Assembly: GCA_015664425.1 (NCBI GenBank)
Contig: DQQH01000258.1
Coordinates: forward strand, 9,359-73,358
Reading direction: 5' to 3'
DNA from: Planctomycetota bacterium
GTDB lineage: Bacteria; Planctomycetota; UBA8108; UBA1146
Length of the DNA stretch: 64,000 nt
Shown: in pieces, positions 27,263 to 36,989 of the stretch
Layout: the number at the start of each line of letters is the position of its first letter
Position numbering within the stretch: position 1 is the first letter of the stretch
The notes under the pieces: model-generated
The model's input: only the letters and a program-made list of their open reading frames with translations
Told to the model about the DNA's origin: nothing
The model's database searches: none
Made by a program: the position numbers and the translations under genes

Positions 27263-28069
27263 CACGCTTCATTCTTTCACCGAGTCGGGATTCTAGTCAG
27301 GACAGCCCGCCGCGGCAAGGTAGCCGCTGAGGTCCGCGGGGGACCCGGTTCCACTCCGACCCGCCCTCTTCCCGGTCCCAAGCCTCGGTTCGGGGGCTTC
27401 CTCGGATCGAGCACTGGGTTCCCTTGAGAGGGGATCGGCGAATTCGAGCTCGAGTTGCGGCCCTCGAGGAGGGTCTGGCCAGCGGACGGTCCCAAGGGAG
27501 AGCGAGCCCCTTCCCGGGTGAATTCCCACCATCCTCGCCGACTGAGTTCGCAGAATGATTCAGTTTCTTCCGGTTGAAGCCTGATCTTCACCCCGATGAT
27601 GGGGACCACGGCGGTGGTTGTCCTCCTCTACTGGCGGTCCCACGGGGGCGGCCAATGCCACCGGGGGGATCCTGGCAAATGGGGCCACCCGAGGGGGCCG
27701 AAGGGGCGGACGGCTGATCCTGAAGCGCTGTCGCAAGCGTCACTCCCTGGTGGACTTCCGCTGACAAAAGGGGGCAAATGAGGGCTGCCCATCCCTTGAC
27801 ACCGATGGGGTATCGCGTAGGATTTCATCGTCCTCTTCCTTCAAGGAGAGGGTGAAGCAAGAGTCTGTATTCACGGCTCCCTGGGTCGGTTCAGCTGTCG
27901 GGAGTCGTGGTGTCGGGGAGAATCGCAGGTCGCCCCCATTTCCAGTTCTCCTGATCGTCTCCTGCGTCCGATACAGCAGATCGGGGTCCGGAAAGAGACA
28001 TTCTGCGAGCGCTCCTCCTGTTAGGTCGGGTGTTCAGGGGAAGTCTGAAGAAAAGACTGTCGAGCGCCT

Positions 28070-28180
28070 GGGAATTCGTGTTCCCGGGGGTTCGTGCTTT
28101 TCCGGGAACTCATGTTTCCGGGGAACCAAATTCGGGGATCAGATTCATGGAATTCGGCAGGCACCTGTCGCGGGGAGTTC
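28070..28180 (+). promoter_or_regulatory. Cluster of repeated palindromic TTCC(C)GGGGAA-like half-sites upstream of the first pilB-like gene
   Basis: gTTCCCGGGGgttcg, tTTCCGGGAActc, gTTTCCGGGGAAcc, aaTTCGGGGAtc, plus flanking GGAATTCG repeats, lying 150-260 nt upstream of the GTG start. Confidence 0.3.
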
Positions 28181-28334
28181 CGGCCCAGCCAGCGCCCGAC
28201 GTTCATTCAGTACCTGCTCACCCCGAGAGGTCAGTTACGCGTGCCGGGGTTTTGCCCAGATCTCGAAGTGCAATGTCTCGAGATTGTGTCCCGGAACTGT
28301 CCTGGTACAGACAGCCGGATCGGAGGTACAGGGC

Positions 28335-30026
28335 GTGAGCAAGTCGATCGGCCAAATCCTGAAGGAAAAGGGTTGGGTCACCGAAGAGGGGATCCAGAAG
28401 GGCCTCGAGTATCAGAACGCGAACTCCTGCAAACTCGGTGACGCCCTGGTGAGACTCGGCATCTGCAGCCAGGAGCAGGTGACTCGATCGCTGGCGCTCC
28501 ATTTTCAGATGCCGTTCGCCAACCTGTCGAAACACGCAATCCCTCAGGAATTGATCGACATGGTGCCGAAGGATGTCGCCCTCGAGCACAAGATTGTTCC
28601 TGTCGCCAAGAAGGGTCGAAGCCTGGTGATCGCTCTCAGCGATCCCCTCGATTTCTTCACGATGGACAACCTCAGATTCATCCTCTCGACCGAGGTGGAG
28701 CCCGCCCTGGCGACACCAGCGGCGGTGGACGAGGCCCTCGACGAGTACTACCGTCTCACCGGCGGCTACGACTCCGTTCTGGGCGGTGATGCGGCCGAGG
28801 CCGACGTCGAGTTCGGCCGCGGAGATTACTCCGGAGATGACGCTGAGGCCAACGATGCGCCGGTGATCAAACTGGTGCACATGCTCATCGCCAACGCCCT
28901 CAAGGAGCGCGCCTCCGATATCCACATCGAACCGATGGAGAAGGAACTCCAGGTCCGGTACCGGGTCGACGGCATCTTGCACATCAAGGACTCGCCGCCG
29001 AAGAAACTCCAGGGCCCGGTGATCTCGAGGATCAAGATCATGTCCCAGATGGACATGGCAGAGAAACGTCGCCCGCAGGATGGCCGCATCAAGTTGCGCC
29101 TGCACGGCAGGGAGATCGACCTCCGTGTTTCGATCCTGCCATCGGTGCATGGCGAGAGCGTCGTAATGAGGATTCTCGACAAGGAGAAGGGGCTCGTCGA
29201 TCTGGAGGTCCTCGGCTTCCATGAATCCGACCTCGATCGGTTCAACCGAATCATCAAGCGGCCCAACGGAATCTTCCTCGTCACCGGCCCAACCGGTAGC
29301 GGAAAGACGACCACCCTCTACGCCGCTCTCAAGACGTTGAACCAGCCGAACGTGAAAATCATCACCGCCGAGAACCCCATCGAATACAACATCACCGGAA
29401 TCAACCAGTCGGAAGTGAGACACGGGATCGGTCTCGACTTCTCGCGGATTTTGCGTGCGATGATGCGTCAGGCACCCAACATCATCCTGGTTGGAGAAAT
29501 TCGTGACCGTGAAACAGCGGACATCGCCGTTCAAGCGGCGCTTACGGGGCACCTCGTCTTCTCCACCCTTCACACCAACGATGCACCATCTGCACTGACG
29601 CGTTTGATCGACATGGGCGTCAAGCCGTTCCTGGTTGCTTCGGCTGTGATGGCGATCATGGGCCAGCGCCTGCTGAGAACCCTGTGCTCGAATTGCAAGG
29701 AACCATACGATCCGACAGACACCGAACTCCGCCAGATTGGCCTGACGCGGGGAGATCTGGGAGAATCGAACGTCTGCCGTCCAGTCGGCTGCAACCAGTG
29801 CAGCGAAGGATACTTCGGTCGACGCGGAATCTACGAACTCCTGGAAATGTCCGGCGATCTCCGGGAACTGACTTTCAATAAGACCCCGACGAAGGACATC
29901 CGAACTAAGGCGATCAACGAGGGTATGGTCACGCTACAACAGGACGCGGTTCGAAAGCTCCTGGCTGGCCAGACCACGATCGAAGAAATCCTGCGGGTGA
30001 CCCACTCGTCCGAATTCGCAAATTAG
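28335..30026 (+). CDS. Type II secretion / type IV pilus assembly ATPase (GspE/PilB family), paralog 1
   Basis: GTG start 8 nt after GGAGG; MshEN-like N-terminal motifs; Walker A GPTGSGKTTT, Asp box, Walker B IILVGEIRD, His box. C4 zinc motif CSNC...CNQC. Confidence 0.8.
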   Translation: MSKSIGQILKEKGWVTEEGIQKGLEYQNANSCKLGDALVRLGICSQEQVTRSLALHFQMPFANLSKHAIPQELIDMVPKDVALEHKIVPVAKKGRSLVIALSDPLDFFTMDNLRFILSTEVEPALATPAAVDEALDEYYRLTGGYDSVLGGDAAEADVEFGRGDYSGDDAEANDAPVIKLVHMLIANALKERASDIHIEPMEKELQVRYRVDGILHIKDSPPKKLQGPVISRIKIMSQMDMAEKRRPQDGRIKLRLHGREIDLRVSILPSVHGESVVMRILDKEKGLVDLEVLGFHESDLDRFNRIIKRPNGIFLVTGPTGSGKTTTLYAALKTLNQPNVKIITAENPIEYNITGINQSEVRHGIGLDFSRILRAMMRQAPNIILVGEIRDRETADIAVQAALTGHLVFSTLHTNDAPSALTRLIDMGVKPFLVASAVMAIMGQRLLRTLCSNCKEPYDPTDTELRQIGLTRGDLGESNVCRPVGCNQCSEGYFGRRGIYELLEMSGDLRELTFNKTPTKDIRTKAINEGMVTLQQDAVRKLLAGQTTIEEILRVTHSSEFAN

Positions 30027-30072
30027 ACGACCATTTCTCCGGGTGCAGGCCCGGATCAAGGTGAGGTGAACG

Positions 30073-31782
30073 ATGATCCTGACCGGCCAACCACTCGGTC
30101 AGATCCTGAAGGAGATGGAACTGGTGTCGGAGTTCGACATCCAGGAGGCTCTTCAGGTACAGAAGGAAAAAGGCGGAGCGATCGGCCGGATCCTCGTCGA
30201 AAAAGGACTGATCAGCGAGAAAGATCTCACCTCGGCGATTGGTCGCCAGGCCGGCATGGATTCTGTGGATCTCGAGACCGCCACAATCACATCGGAACTG
30301 ATCGATATGGTCCCGGTGAACATCGCCGAGACCTACCAGGTGGTTCCTGTCGAGTTCGACGGAAGCACGCTAACTCTGGCTCTGTCCGACCCCCAGAACA
30401 TCAGCGTCCTCGACGATCTGAAGTTCATGCTAAACCTCGAGGTCAAGGGTGCTCTCGCCGACCGTGATCAGCTCGAGAAGACCCTGGAGGCACACTACGC
30501 CGGCAAGTCTGAGTCGATGGAGTCGATCATCGGGTCGATGAAGGGCGATGACTTCGAAATCGTCGATGATGGCCGTGAGAAGATGATGGACATGGAGCAG
30601 CTGGAGAAGGATGTGAACGCAGCTCCGGTGGTGAAGCTGCTGAACATGGTCCTGCTGACCGCCATCAAAGACAGAGGCTCCGACATTCACCTCGAGCCGT
30701 TCGAGAACGAGTTCAAGATCCGATACCGGGTTGACGGCGTCCTCTACGAGATGATGCCGCCCCCCATCCAGCTCGCCCGAGCCGTCATCTCCAGGGTGAA
30801 AGTGATGGCGAACCTCGACATCGCCGAGACAAGGCTTCCGCAGGACGGTCGTATCGAGCTGAACATCGGCGGTCGCCCCGTCGATCTTCGCGTCTCGACC
30901 CTTCCGACGATGTACGGCGAGTCTGTTGTGATGAGGGTGCTCGATCGCGCCAACGTCTCCCTCGATCTGGAGCAGGTGGGGTTGAGAGCAAATGACCTCG
31001 AAATTGTCCGCGCCATGATCGCCAAGCCCAACGGCATCGTCCTGGTCACCGGGCCGACGGGCTCGGGAAAAACCACCACCCTTTACTCGTGCCTCAACGA
31101 GGCGAACAACCCCGAGATCAAGATCATCACCACAGAGGATCCGGTCGAATACAACCTCCACGGCATCGTCCAGGTGCCGATCAGCGAGGAAATCGGGGTC
31201 ACCTTTGCGGCTTGCCTCAGGAGCATCCTCCGTCAGGACCCCGACAAGATTCTGGTCGGGGAAATCCGTGACCTCGAGACGGCGCAGATCGCAGTGGAAG
31301 CGAGTCTCACCGGCCACGTCGTCTTCACCACCCTTCACACCAACGACGCGCCCTCTTCAGTCATCCGTTTGGTCGACCTGGGCCTCGAGCCCTTCCTGAT
31401 CACCGCCACCCTCGAAGCGGTCATCGCCCAGCGACTGGTGCGCAGGATTTGCCTCGACTGCAAGGTCGAGTACGAACCGACCGATGAGATGTTGATGGAA
31501 CTGGAACTCTCTAGGTCCGAGGTTGCGGGGCGGGTCTTTTACTACGGCAAGGGCTGCAAGAAGTGCAACGGATCGGGGTACAAGGGGCGAATAGCCCTCT
31601 TCGAAATCATGGTGCTGAGCGACCGAATGAGGGACAAGATCATGACCGGGTCTTCCACCCAGGAGCTGAGGGCCGGCGCCAGGGAGGATGGAATGCGAAC
31701 ATTGCGGGATTCTGGCCTCTTGCACATTTTCGATGGTGTTACCACCATCGAGGAAGTCGTCAAAGAGACGATCGTTTCCTGA
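30073..31782 (+). CDS. Type II secretion / type IV pilus assembly ATPase (GspE/PilB family), paralog 2
   Basis: MshEN-like N-terminus (LGQILKEMELVSEFDIQEALQVQ...GRILVEKGLISEKDL); GPTGSGKTTT; ILVGEIRD; CLDC...CKKC. Confidence 0.85.
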   Translation: MILTGQPLGQILKEMELVSEFDIQEALQVQKEKGGAIGRILVEKGLISEKDLTSAIGRQAGMDSVDLETATITSELIDMVPVNIAETYQVVPVEFDGSTLTLALSDPQNISVLDDLKFMLNLEVKGALADRDQLEKTLEAHYAGKSESMESIIGSMKGDDFEIVDDGREKMMDMEQLEKDVNAAPVVKLLNMVLLTAIKDRGSDIHLEPFENEFKIRYRVDGVLYEMMPPPIQLARAVISRVKVMANLDIAETRLPQDGRIELNIGGRPVDLRVSTLPTMYGESVVMRVLDRANVSLDLEQVGLRANDLEIVRAMIAKPNGIVLVTGPTGSGKTTTLYSCLNEANNPEIKIITTEDPVEYNLHGIVQVPISEEIGVTFAACLRSILRQDPDKILVGEIRDLETAQIAVEASLTGHVVFTTLHTNDAPSSVIRLVDLGLEPFLITATLEAVIAQRLVRRICLDCKVEYEPTDEMLMELELSRSEVAGRVFYYGKGCKKCNGSGYKGRIALFEIMVLSDRMRDKIMTGSSTQELRAGAREDGMRTLRDSGLLHIFDGVTTIEEVVKETIVS

Positions 31783-31871
31783 CGAAACGAACCGGGGGGA
31801 ACTCCCGGTAACGAGCGACAGCTAGCCACACTAATGAGAGGTGTGGGTTAGCGAGGACCGAAGGAGCCGAG

Positions 31872-33113
31872 ATGGCTGTTTTCGAGTATGAAGCGATCAC
31901 TCCGAGCGGCAGCAAGGTTCGCCGTTCTGTCGAAGCTGATAATCAGCAGGATGCCCTCAAGAAGATTCGTGGTCAGGGGATGCGTCCCACGAAGATGAAA
32001 GAGAAGAAGGGTGCCGCTGGGATCGCTGGCGCCGGTGGAGACATCGAGAAGAAGAAATTCCGGATTGGGGCAATCTTCGACCGCATCAAACAACAGGACA
32101 TTGTTCAATTCACCCAACAGATGGCGACACTCCAGGATGCAGGACTCCCCATCGTCCGGTCATTGAAGATCCTCTCCGGTCAGATGAGGCAAGGCAGGTT
32201 CCGCTCCCAACTCGAAAAGGTCACCGATGACGTCGAAAGTGGTAGCACCTTTTCCGAGGCGCTCGCGAAGTTCCCGAGGACTTTCAACAACCTCTTTGTC
32301 GCCATGATCAAAGCCGGGGAAGCCGGCGGTGTCCTTGATCTGATTCTGCAGCGGCTCTCTGATTTCCAGGAGAAATCGATGAAGTTGAGGAAGAAGGTCA
32401 AGGGCGCGATGGTGTACCCGATTGCGGTCATCTGCGTCGCTGCCGGAATCCTGGGCTTCATCATGACCACGGTCATCCCCCAGTTTCAGAAGATGTTCGA
32501 CGACATGGGAACGACCCTTCCTGCGCCGACCCAGGCACTGCTCGCATTCTCCAATGCCATCTCCACTTACTGGTATCTTGCACCTCTGGTCGTCTTCGGG
32601 GTGGTTGGTTTGATCAAGGCGCTGGCTAGAACCGAGAAGGGGGGGCTTGCTCTCGATCGGTTCAAGTTGACCGCACCCATCTTCGGGCAGATCGTCAAGA
32701 AATCGACGATTTCGCGCTTCTGCCGGACTCTGGGGACCCTGATCTCTTCTGGCGTACCGATCCTCGAGGCGCTGGACATCGTCCGGCAGGCCGTCGGAAA
32801 CAAGGTGATCGCCAACGCCATCTCCGATGTTCACGGGTCGATACGAGAAGGGGAGACGATCGCTGAACCTCTCGGCCAGTCGGGGGTCTTCGACCCGCTG
32901 CTGGTGAACATGATCGACGTCGGCGAGGAAACGGGCGAACTGGACAAGATGCTCTCGAAGATCGCAGACAACTACGATCTCGATGTCGACGTTCTGGTCG
33001 ATTCGCTGTCGAGCCTGCTCGAGCCTGTTCTGATCGTGGGTATGGGAATCGCGGTCGGCTTCATCGTCATCGCGCTCTTCATGCCGCTACTCTCGATCAT
33101 TACCAGCATCTAG
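31872..33113 (+). CDS. Type II secretion system protein F / PilC inner-membrane platform
   Basis: Two GspF repeats (…FTQQMATLQDAGLPIVRSL… and …FCRTLGTLISSGVPILEAL…), three TMs, 413 aa. Confidence 0.85.
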   Translation: MAVFEYEAITPSGSKVRRSVEADNQQDALKKIRGQGMRPTKMKEKKGAAGIAGAGGDIEKKKFRIGAIFDRIKQQDIVQFTQQMATLQDAGLPIVRSLKILSGQMRQGRFRSQLEKVTDDVESGSTFSEALAKFPRTFNNLFVAMIKAGEAGGVLDLILQRLSDFQEKSMKLRKKVKGAMVYPIAVICVAAGILGFIMTTVIPQFQKMFDDMGTTLPAPTQALLAFSNAISTYWYLAPLVVFGVVGLIKALARTEKGGLALDRFKLTAPIFGQIVKKSTISRFCRTLGTLISSGVPILEALDIVRQAVGNKVIANAISDVHGSIREGETIAEPLGQSGVFDPLLVNMIDVGEETGELDKMLSKIADNYDLDVDVLVDSLSSLLEPVLIVGMGIAVGFIVIALFMPLLSIITSI

Positions 33114-33208
33114 GCGGACCACAATCGGCCGAACCAGGGAAGAGTCAATACGCACTCAGAGAAGAGATCGGCAGCAGGGGACGCCCCCGAACTTCCGGTC
33201 TCTTTTCG

Positions 33209-35554
33209 TTGCCGCCCTGCCGTCAGACTTTGAGAGGCTATTTTTTGCAATCCGATCGTAGTTACGAGCTGGAAAAACAACTTCGCACCTTCTTCAGTGG
33301 GAGAGATTACCGCCCAGTTCAGATTCCAGAGTTACTTGAGGTCATCGGCGCCAAGGAGAAGGAGCGCTCCGATCTCGAGGCGATCCTCGATCGTCTCGAA
33401 GAGCAGGGGGTTGTGGTCCCTCTCGAGGGGCGTGGTTGGTTCAGTACGAAGGGTGAGGGTTGGGCGGTGGGCACCCTCACCATCGCCCGTGGAGGATTCG
33501 GATTCGTCCGGTCGCTGGTGGAGGATCCTCTCGGCGATGTCTTTGTCCCCGAGAGGAAGATCAGCGATGGCCACCACGGTGACCGTGTCGTCGTCAAGCT
33601 GATGAAGCCAAGGAGCGGAGCTCCGCGCAGTGCCCGCGAGGGGCGCCATGGGCGGATTGTCACGGTTCTCCAGAGGAGCCCCCGGGTTTTCCTCGGGATT
33701 CTTCGCGACGGCCATGGCAACTTCTCGACCGTCGAGCCCCTGCTCCACGAGAGTGTCCGGGAGGTTCACATCTCTACCGATCAGCGAGCGGGTGCTGTAG
33801 ACGGTGATCGGGTCCTGGCACAGCTCCTCGAGGGCCCCACCGTCGGTGGCCTCCCCCCTGGAAGGGTGATCGAGGTCGCCGAGGAGGAGGGATCCTGGAA
33901 GGGCGATCTGCAGCGAGTAGCAGCGGAGCACGGACTTCCACGGAATTTTTCCGAAGCTGCCCAGGAGCAGGCGGTCGCCTTTTCCCGCGAGATCTCCGAG
34001 AAGGAGATCTCACGCCGTAGCGATCTGCGCGACCTGCCCTTTTTCACCATCGATCCGGCAGATGCCAAGGACTTCGACGATGCGGTGATGCTCGAGGGGA
34101 AGGGTGATGGGAGCTGGCGTGTTGCTGTTGCGATTGCCGACGTCAGCCATTTCGTCGCCGAGGGGAGCGAGATCGATCTCGAGGCCCACCGTCGTGGGAC
34201 CTCGGTTTATCTGCCGGGGCTGACGATCCCGATGCTTCCCGAGAGGCTTTCCTGTGACCTCTGTTCGTTGAGGCCCGGGGAGGATCGGCTGGCGATGGTG
34301 GTCTGGATGGATATCGACGAGGCAGGTGAACTCACCTCCTGGAAGGTGGAGAAGGCGGTGATCCGAAGCGTCCGGCGCTTCCAGTACTCGGAAGTCCAGG
34401 CGATTCTCGATGGTGAGGGAGAAGTGGCGGAGGAAGATCCTCTCGCCTCGACTCTCGATGGGCTGAATGAGTTGCGCGACCGTCTCAGGAGGATGCGGAT
34501 CCGCCGGGGATCTCTCGACCTCGACCTCGAGGAGATGCAACTGATCCTCGACGATCACGGCGAAGTCCTCGACGTCCGTGGTCGCTCCCGTGACGTCGCC
34601 CACAACCTGATCGAGGAGTTGATGCTGATCGCCAACGAAGCGGTTGCGCGAACCGCCAGCGAGGCGTCGATCGCTGTGCTCCGGCGGATCCACGATCAGC
34701 CTGCGACCGAGGACATCGACCGTTTCATCCGCTTCTGTCGCGTCATCGCTCCCTGGGCGCAGGTGGGCGGCGTCGACCACCTCCAGGGCGTGGTCGAGGC
34801 GGTCAAGGGCTCACCGGTGGAAGCGGTGATCAACTACGCGCTGCTTCGCACTTTGACCCAGGCGCGATACCAGGTTGGAAAATCACTCCATTTCGCCCTC
34901 GCCACCGACGAGTACTGCCACTTCACGTCGCCGATCAGGCGCTATCCCGATCTCCAGGTCCACCGCGCTCTCGATCGGTTCCTCTTCGCTGACGCCAGAG
35001 ATCTCCCCGAGTCGATGGAGGTACGGTCCGCCAGTCTCCAGGAACTGGCCGAGCACTGCTCCACGAAGGAGCGGGAGGCTGAGGACGCCGAGCGCGAGAT
35101 GAAAAAGTTGCGGGCAATCTCGTGGCTCTGCCAGCGGGTCGGGGAACGCTTCACCGGGCTGATCAGTTCAGTCAGCGATCATGGTTTCTTCGTTCGCCTC
35201 GACGGTTGTCTCATCGAAGGAATGGTCCATGTCCGGAGCCTCAGGGATGACCTCTACATCCACAACGAGGAGCAATTTGCCCTCAGAGGGCGAAACAAGG
35301 GCAGGACCTTCCGGCTCGGAGACCCTGTCGAAGTCCTCCTCGAGGGAGCAGATTCCCTCCACCGTCATATCGATCTGCGATACCTTCACCATCGTCAGGG
35401 AGGGGAAGCCCCACTCGGTGGTGGCAGCGGCCCTCTCAGGAGGGTCTTGCAGAAGAAACCTCGCAAGAAGGTCAGCACATCGGCCGGATCCCCCGGAAAG
35501 AGGTCGAAAGGACGCCGCCGGGGCAAGGGGCCTCGTCGGGGCAGGAGGAGATGA
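33209..35554 (+). CDS. rnr: Ribonuclease R
   Basis: N-terminal HTH/cold-shock, RNB catalytic domain (DPADAKDFDDAV...), S1 domain and a basic C-terminal tail ([18 protein letters not shown]). TTG start; the exact start is uncertain. Confidence 0.85.
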   Translation: MPPCRQTLRGYFLQSDRSYELEKQLRTFFSGRDYRPVQIPELLEVIGAKEKERSDLEAILDRLEEQGVVVPLEGRGWFSTKGEGWAVGTLTIARGGFGFVRSLVEDPLGDVFVPERKISDGHHGDRVVVKLMKPRSGAPRSAREGRHGRIVTVLQRSPRVFLGILRDGHGNFSTVEPLLHESVREVHISTDQRAGAVDGDRVLAQLLEGPTVGGLPPGRVIEVAEEEGSWKGDLQRVAAEHGLPRNFSEAAQEQAVAFSREISEKEISRRSDLRDLPFFTIDPADAKDFDDAVMLEGKGDGSWRVAVAIADVSHFVAEGSEIDLEAHRRGTSVYLPGLTIPMLPERLSCDLCSLRPGEDRLAMVVWMDIDEAGELTSWKVEKAVIRSVRRFQYSEVQAILDGEGEVAEEDPLASTLDGLNELRDRLRRMRIRRGSLDLDLEEMQLILDDHGEVLDVRGRSRDVAHNLIEELMLIANEAVARTASEASIAVLRRIHDQPATEDIDRFIRFCRVIAPWAQVGGVDHLQGVVEAVKGSPVEAVINYALLRTLTQARYQVGKSLHFALATDEYCHFTSPIRRYPDLQVHRALDRFLFADARDLPESMEVRSASLQELAEHCSTKEREAEDAEREMKKLRAISWLCQRVGERFTGLISSVSDHGFFVRLDGCLIEGMVHVRSLRDDLYIHNEEQFALRGRNKGRTFRLGDPVEVLLEGADSLHRHIDLRYLHHRQGGEAPLGGGSGPLRRVLQKKPRKKVSTSAGSPGKRSKGRRRGKGPRRGRRR

Positions 35555-36000
35555 TGATCGAGGTCTACACCGATGGGGCCTGCCGGGGCAATCCTGGACC
35601 GGGAGGCTGGGCAGCAGTCGTTCGTGACGCAGATGGGTCCCGCGAGTTGACGGGCTTCGATCCCTCGACCACCAACAACCGGATGGAACTGACTGCGGCG
35701 ATCGAGGCTCTCGCCACCTTGCCGCCTGACTCCCAAGTCCGTGTGCTCTCCGATTCGAAGTATGTCATCGATGGAATCACCAACTGGTGCTCAGCCTGGA
35801 TTCGAAGGGGCTGGCGAAAGTCCGATGGCAAGCCGGTCCTGAACCGTGAGTTGTGGCAGCGGCTGATCGAAGAAACGAGCCGCATGAAGGTGGATTGGCG
35901 CTGGGTTGAAGGTCACTCCGGCCAGGAGGAGAATGAGCGCTGCGATCTCCTGGCCAACATGGCGATCGATCACGCCGGGCCGGTCCCGGGTAACAACTGA
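35551..36000 (+). CDS. rnhA: Ribonuclease HI
   Basis: [19 protein letters not shown]...TNNRMEL...SDSKYV...GW..NGW...V.W.WVKGHSG. Coupled to rnr (ATGA overlap). Confidence 0.85.
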   Translation: MMIEVYTDGACRGNPGPGGWAAVVRDADGSRELTGFDPSTTNNRMELTAAIEALATLPPDSQVRVLSDSKYVIDGITNWCSAWIRRGWRKSDGKPVLNRELWQRLIEETSRMKVDWRWVEGHSGQEENERCDLLANMAIDHAGPVPGNN

Positions 36001-36043
36001 TCACGGGCCCTGTCGGGGGCCCGGGCGAGAGAGAGGATGGACG

Positions 36044-36739
36044 ATGTCCAGCTGGAATCGAGGGTTCTCGGCGACGATTTGCGCCTGTTGTCTTGTTGGA
36101 GGGATGGCACTGGGAGCTTCGGCACTCCAGGACTACTCCAGCCTTCCTCCCGAGCCGGCCGTTGTCCACGCGCGGCTCAACTCTTCAGCAGTGACCCTTC
36201 TCGATGCGATCAAGGTCGCCGAGGAAACCACGGGAGGCCTCAGTGCCATGGCGTCAGCCTCTTCCGGTGGCGATCTCGCCTACGAGGTGGTCTGCTACAA
36301 CAAGGTCCGGGGAACGAAGGTGATCATCGACAAGGAAGGACTCGTCGTGAGCATGGAAGAGATGGTGCGATTCCCGGGAGACCCCTTCACTAGTGAGATT
36401 CAGACGACCGAAAGCGGATTGCAGTACGCCGAGATCGTCGAGGGAACCGGCGAATCGCCGGAGCCGACCCAAACCGTCATGGTTCATTACAGCGGCTGGC
36501 TGGTCGACGGCACTCAGTTCGACAGTTCCGTGAAGCGCGGAAACCCTACGACCTTCCCTCTCGACCAGGTGATTCCTGGCTGGACCGAAGGTGTTGGGGG
36601 GATGAAGGTGGGAGGCAAACGCAAGCTGATCATCCCGTACCAGCTGGCATACGGCGAAAGAGGGAGACCACCGTCGATCCCCGCCAAGGCGACCCTGATC
36701 TTCGATGTGGAACTGCTCGAGGTCGTCCCCAAGAACTGA
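36044..36739 (+). CDS. FKBP-type peptidyl-prolyl cis-trans isomerase (FkpA/FklB-like) with signal peptide
   Basis: C-terminal FKBP domain [15 protein letters not shown]...[16 protein letters not shown]...[35 protein letters not shown]. Confidence 0.8.
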   Translation: MSSWNRGFSATICACCLVGGMALGASALQDYSSLPPEPAVVHARLNSSAVTLLDAIKVAEETTGGLSAMASASSGGDLAYEVVCYNKVRGTKVIIDKEGLVVSMEEMVRFPGDPFTSEIQTTESGLQYAEIVEGTGESPEPTQTVMVHYSGWLVDGTQFDSSVKRGNPTTFPLDQVIPGWTEGVGGMKVGGKRKLIIPYQLAYGERGRPPSIPAKATLIFDVELLEVVPKN

Positions 36740-36989
36740 CGGGGAGGCCAGTTCCTGGGTGGAATCGCTGCTGATGGGGTTCCTGACCGGCCCATTGGGG
36801 TCGTCGGCTCTCTTCCTGGCATCGTATCCTCAAGGGAGAGCCCGGTTTCTCCCCCCCAGGCTGTGATCGCCTGGCTGGGGGAAGGTTGCCCCGGAGGGGC
36901 GCCCTGCCTAGAATCCCGGGACCGTCAGGAAATGCCCCTGACAGAAGGGGTTGCGCTAAAACAAGAGACCTTTTCCGGGGAGACGAGAG

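Noticed and set aside
27121-27850. tmRNA (ssrA) gene on the minus strand
   Set aside because: Not rejected outright. The tRNA-like 3' domain and a vaguely consensus-like 5' segment exist, but the 5' and 3' acceptor strands I could identify are not complementary and I found no convincing tag-reading frame ending in ...AA-stop. This is reported as a low-confidence tRNA-like element instead.
27121-28334. RNase P RNA or 6S RNA in the long non-coding gap
   Set aside because: No P4 consensus (AGGAAAGTCCGGGCTCC / ACAGAACCCGGCTTA) or its complement was found by eye.
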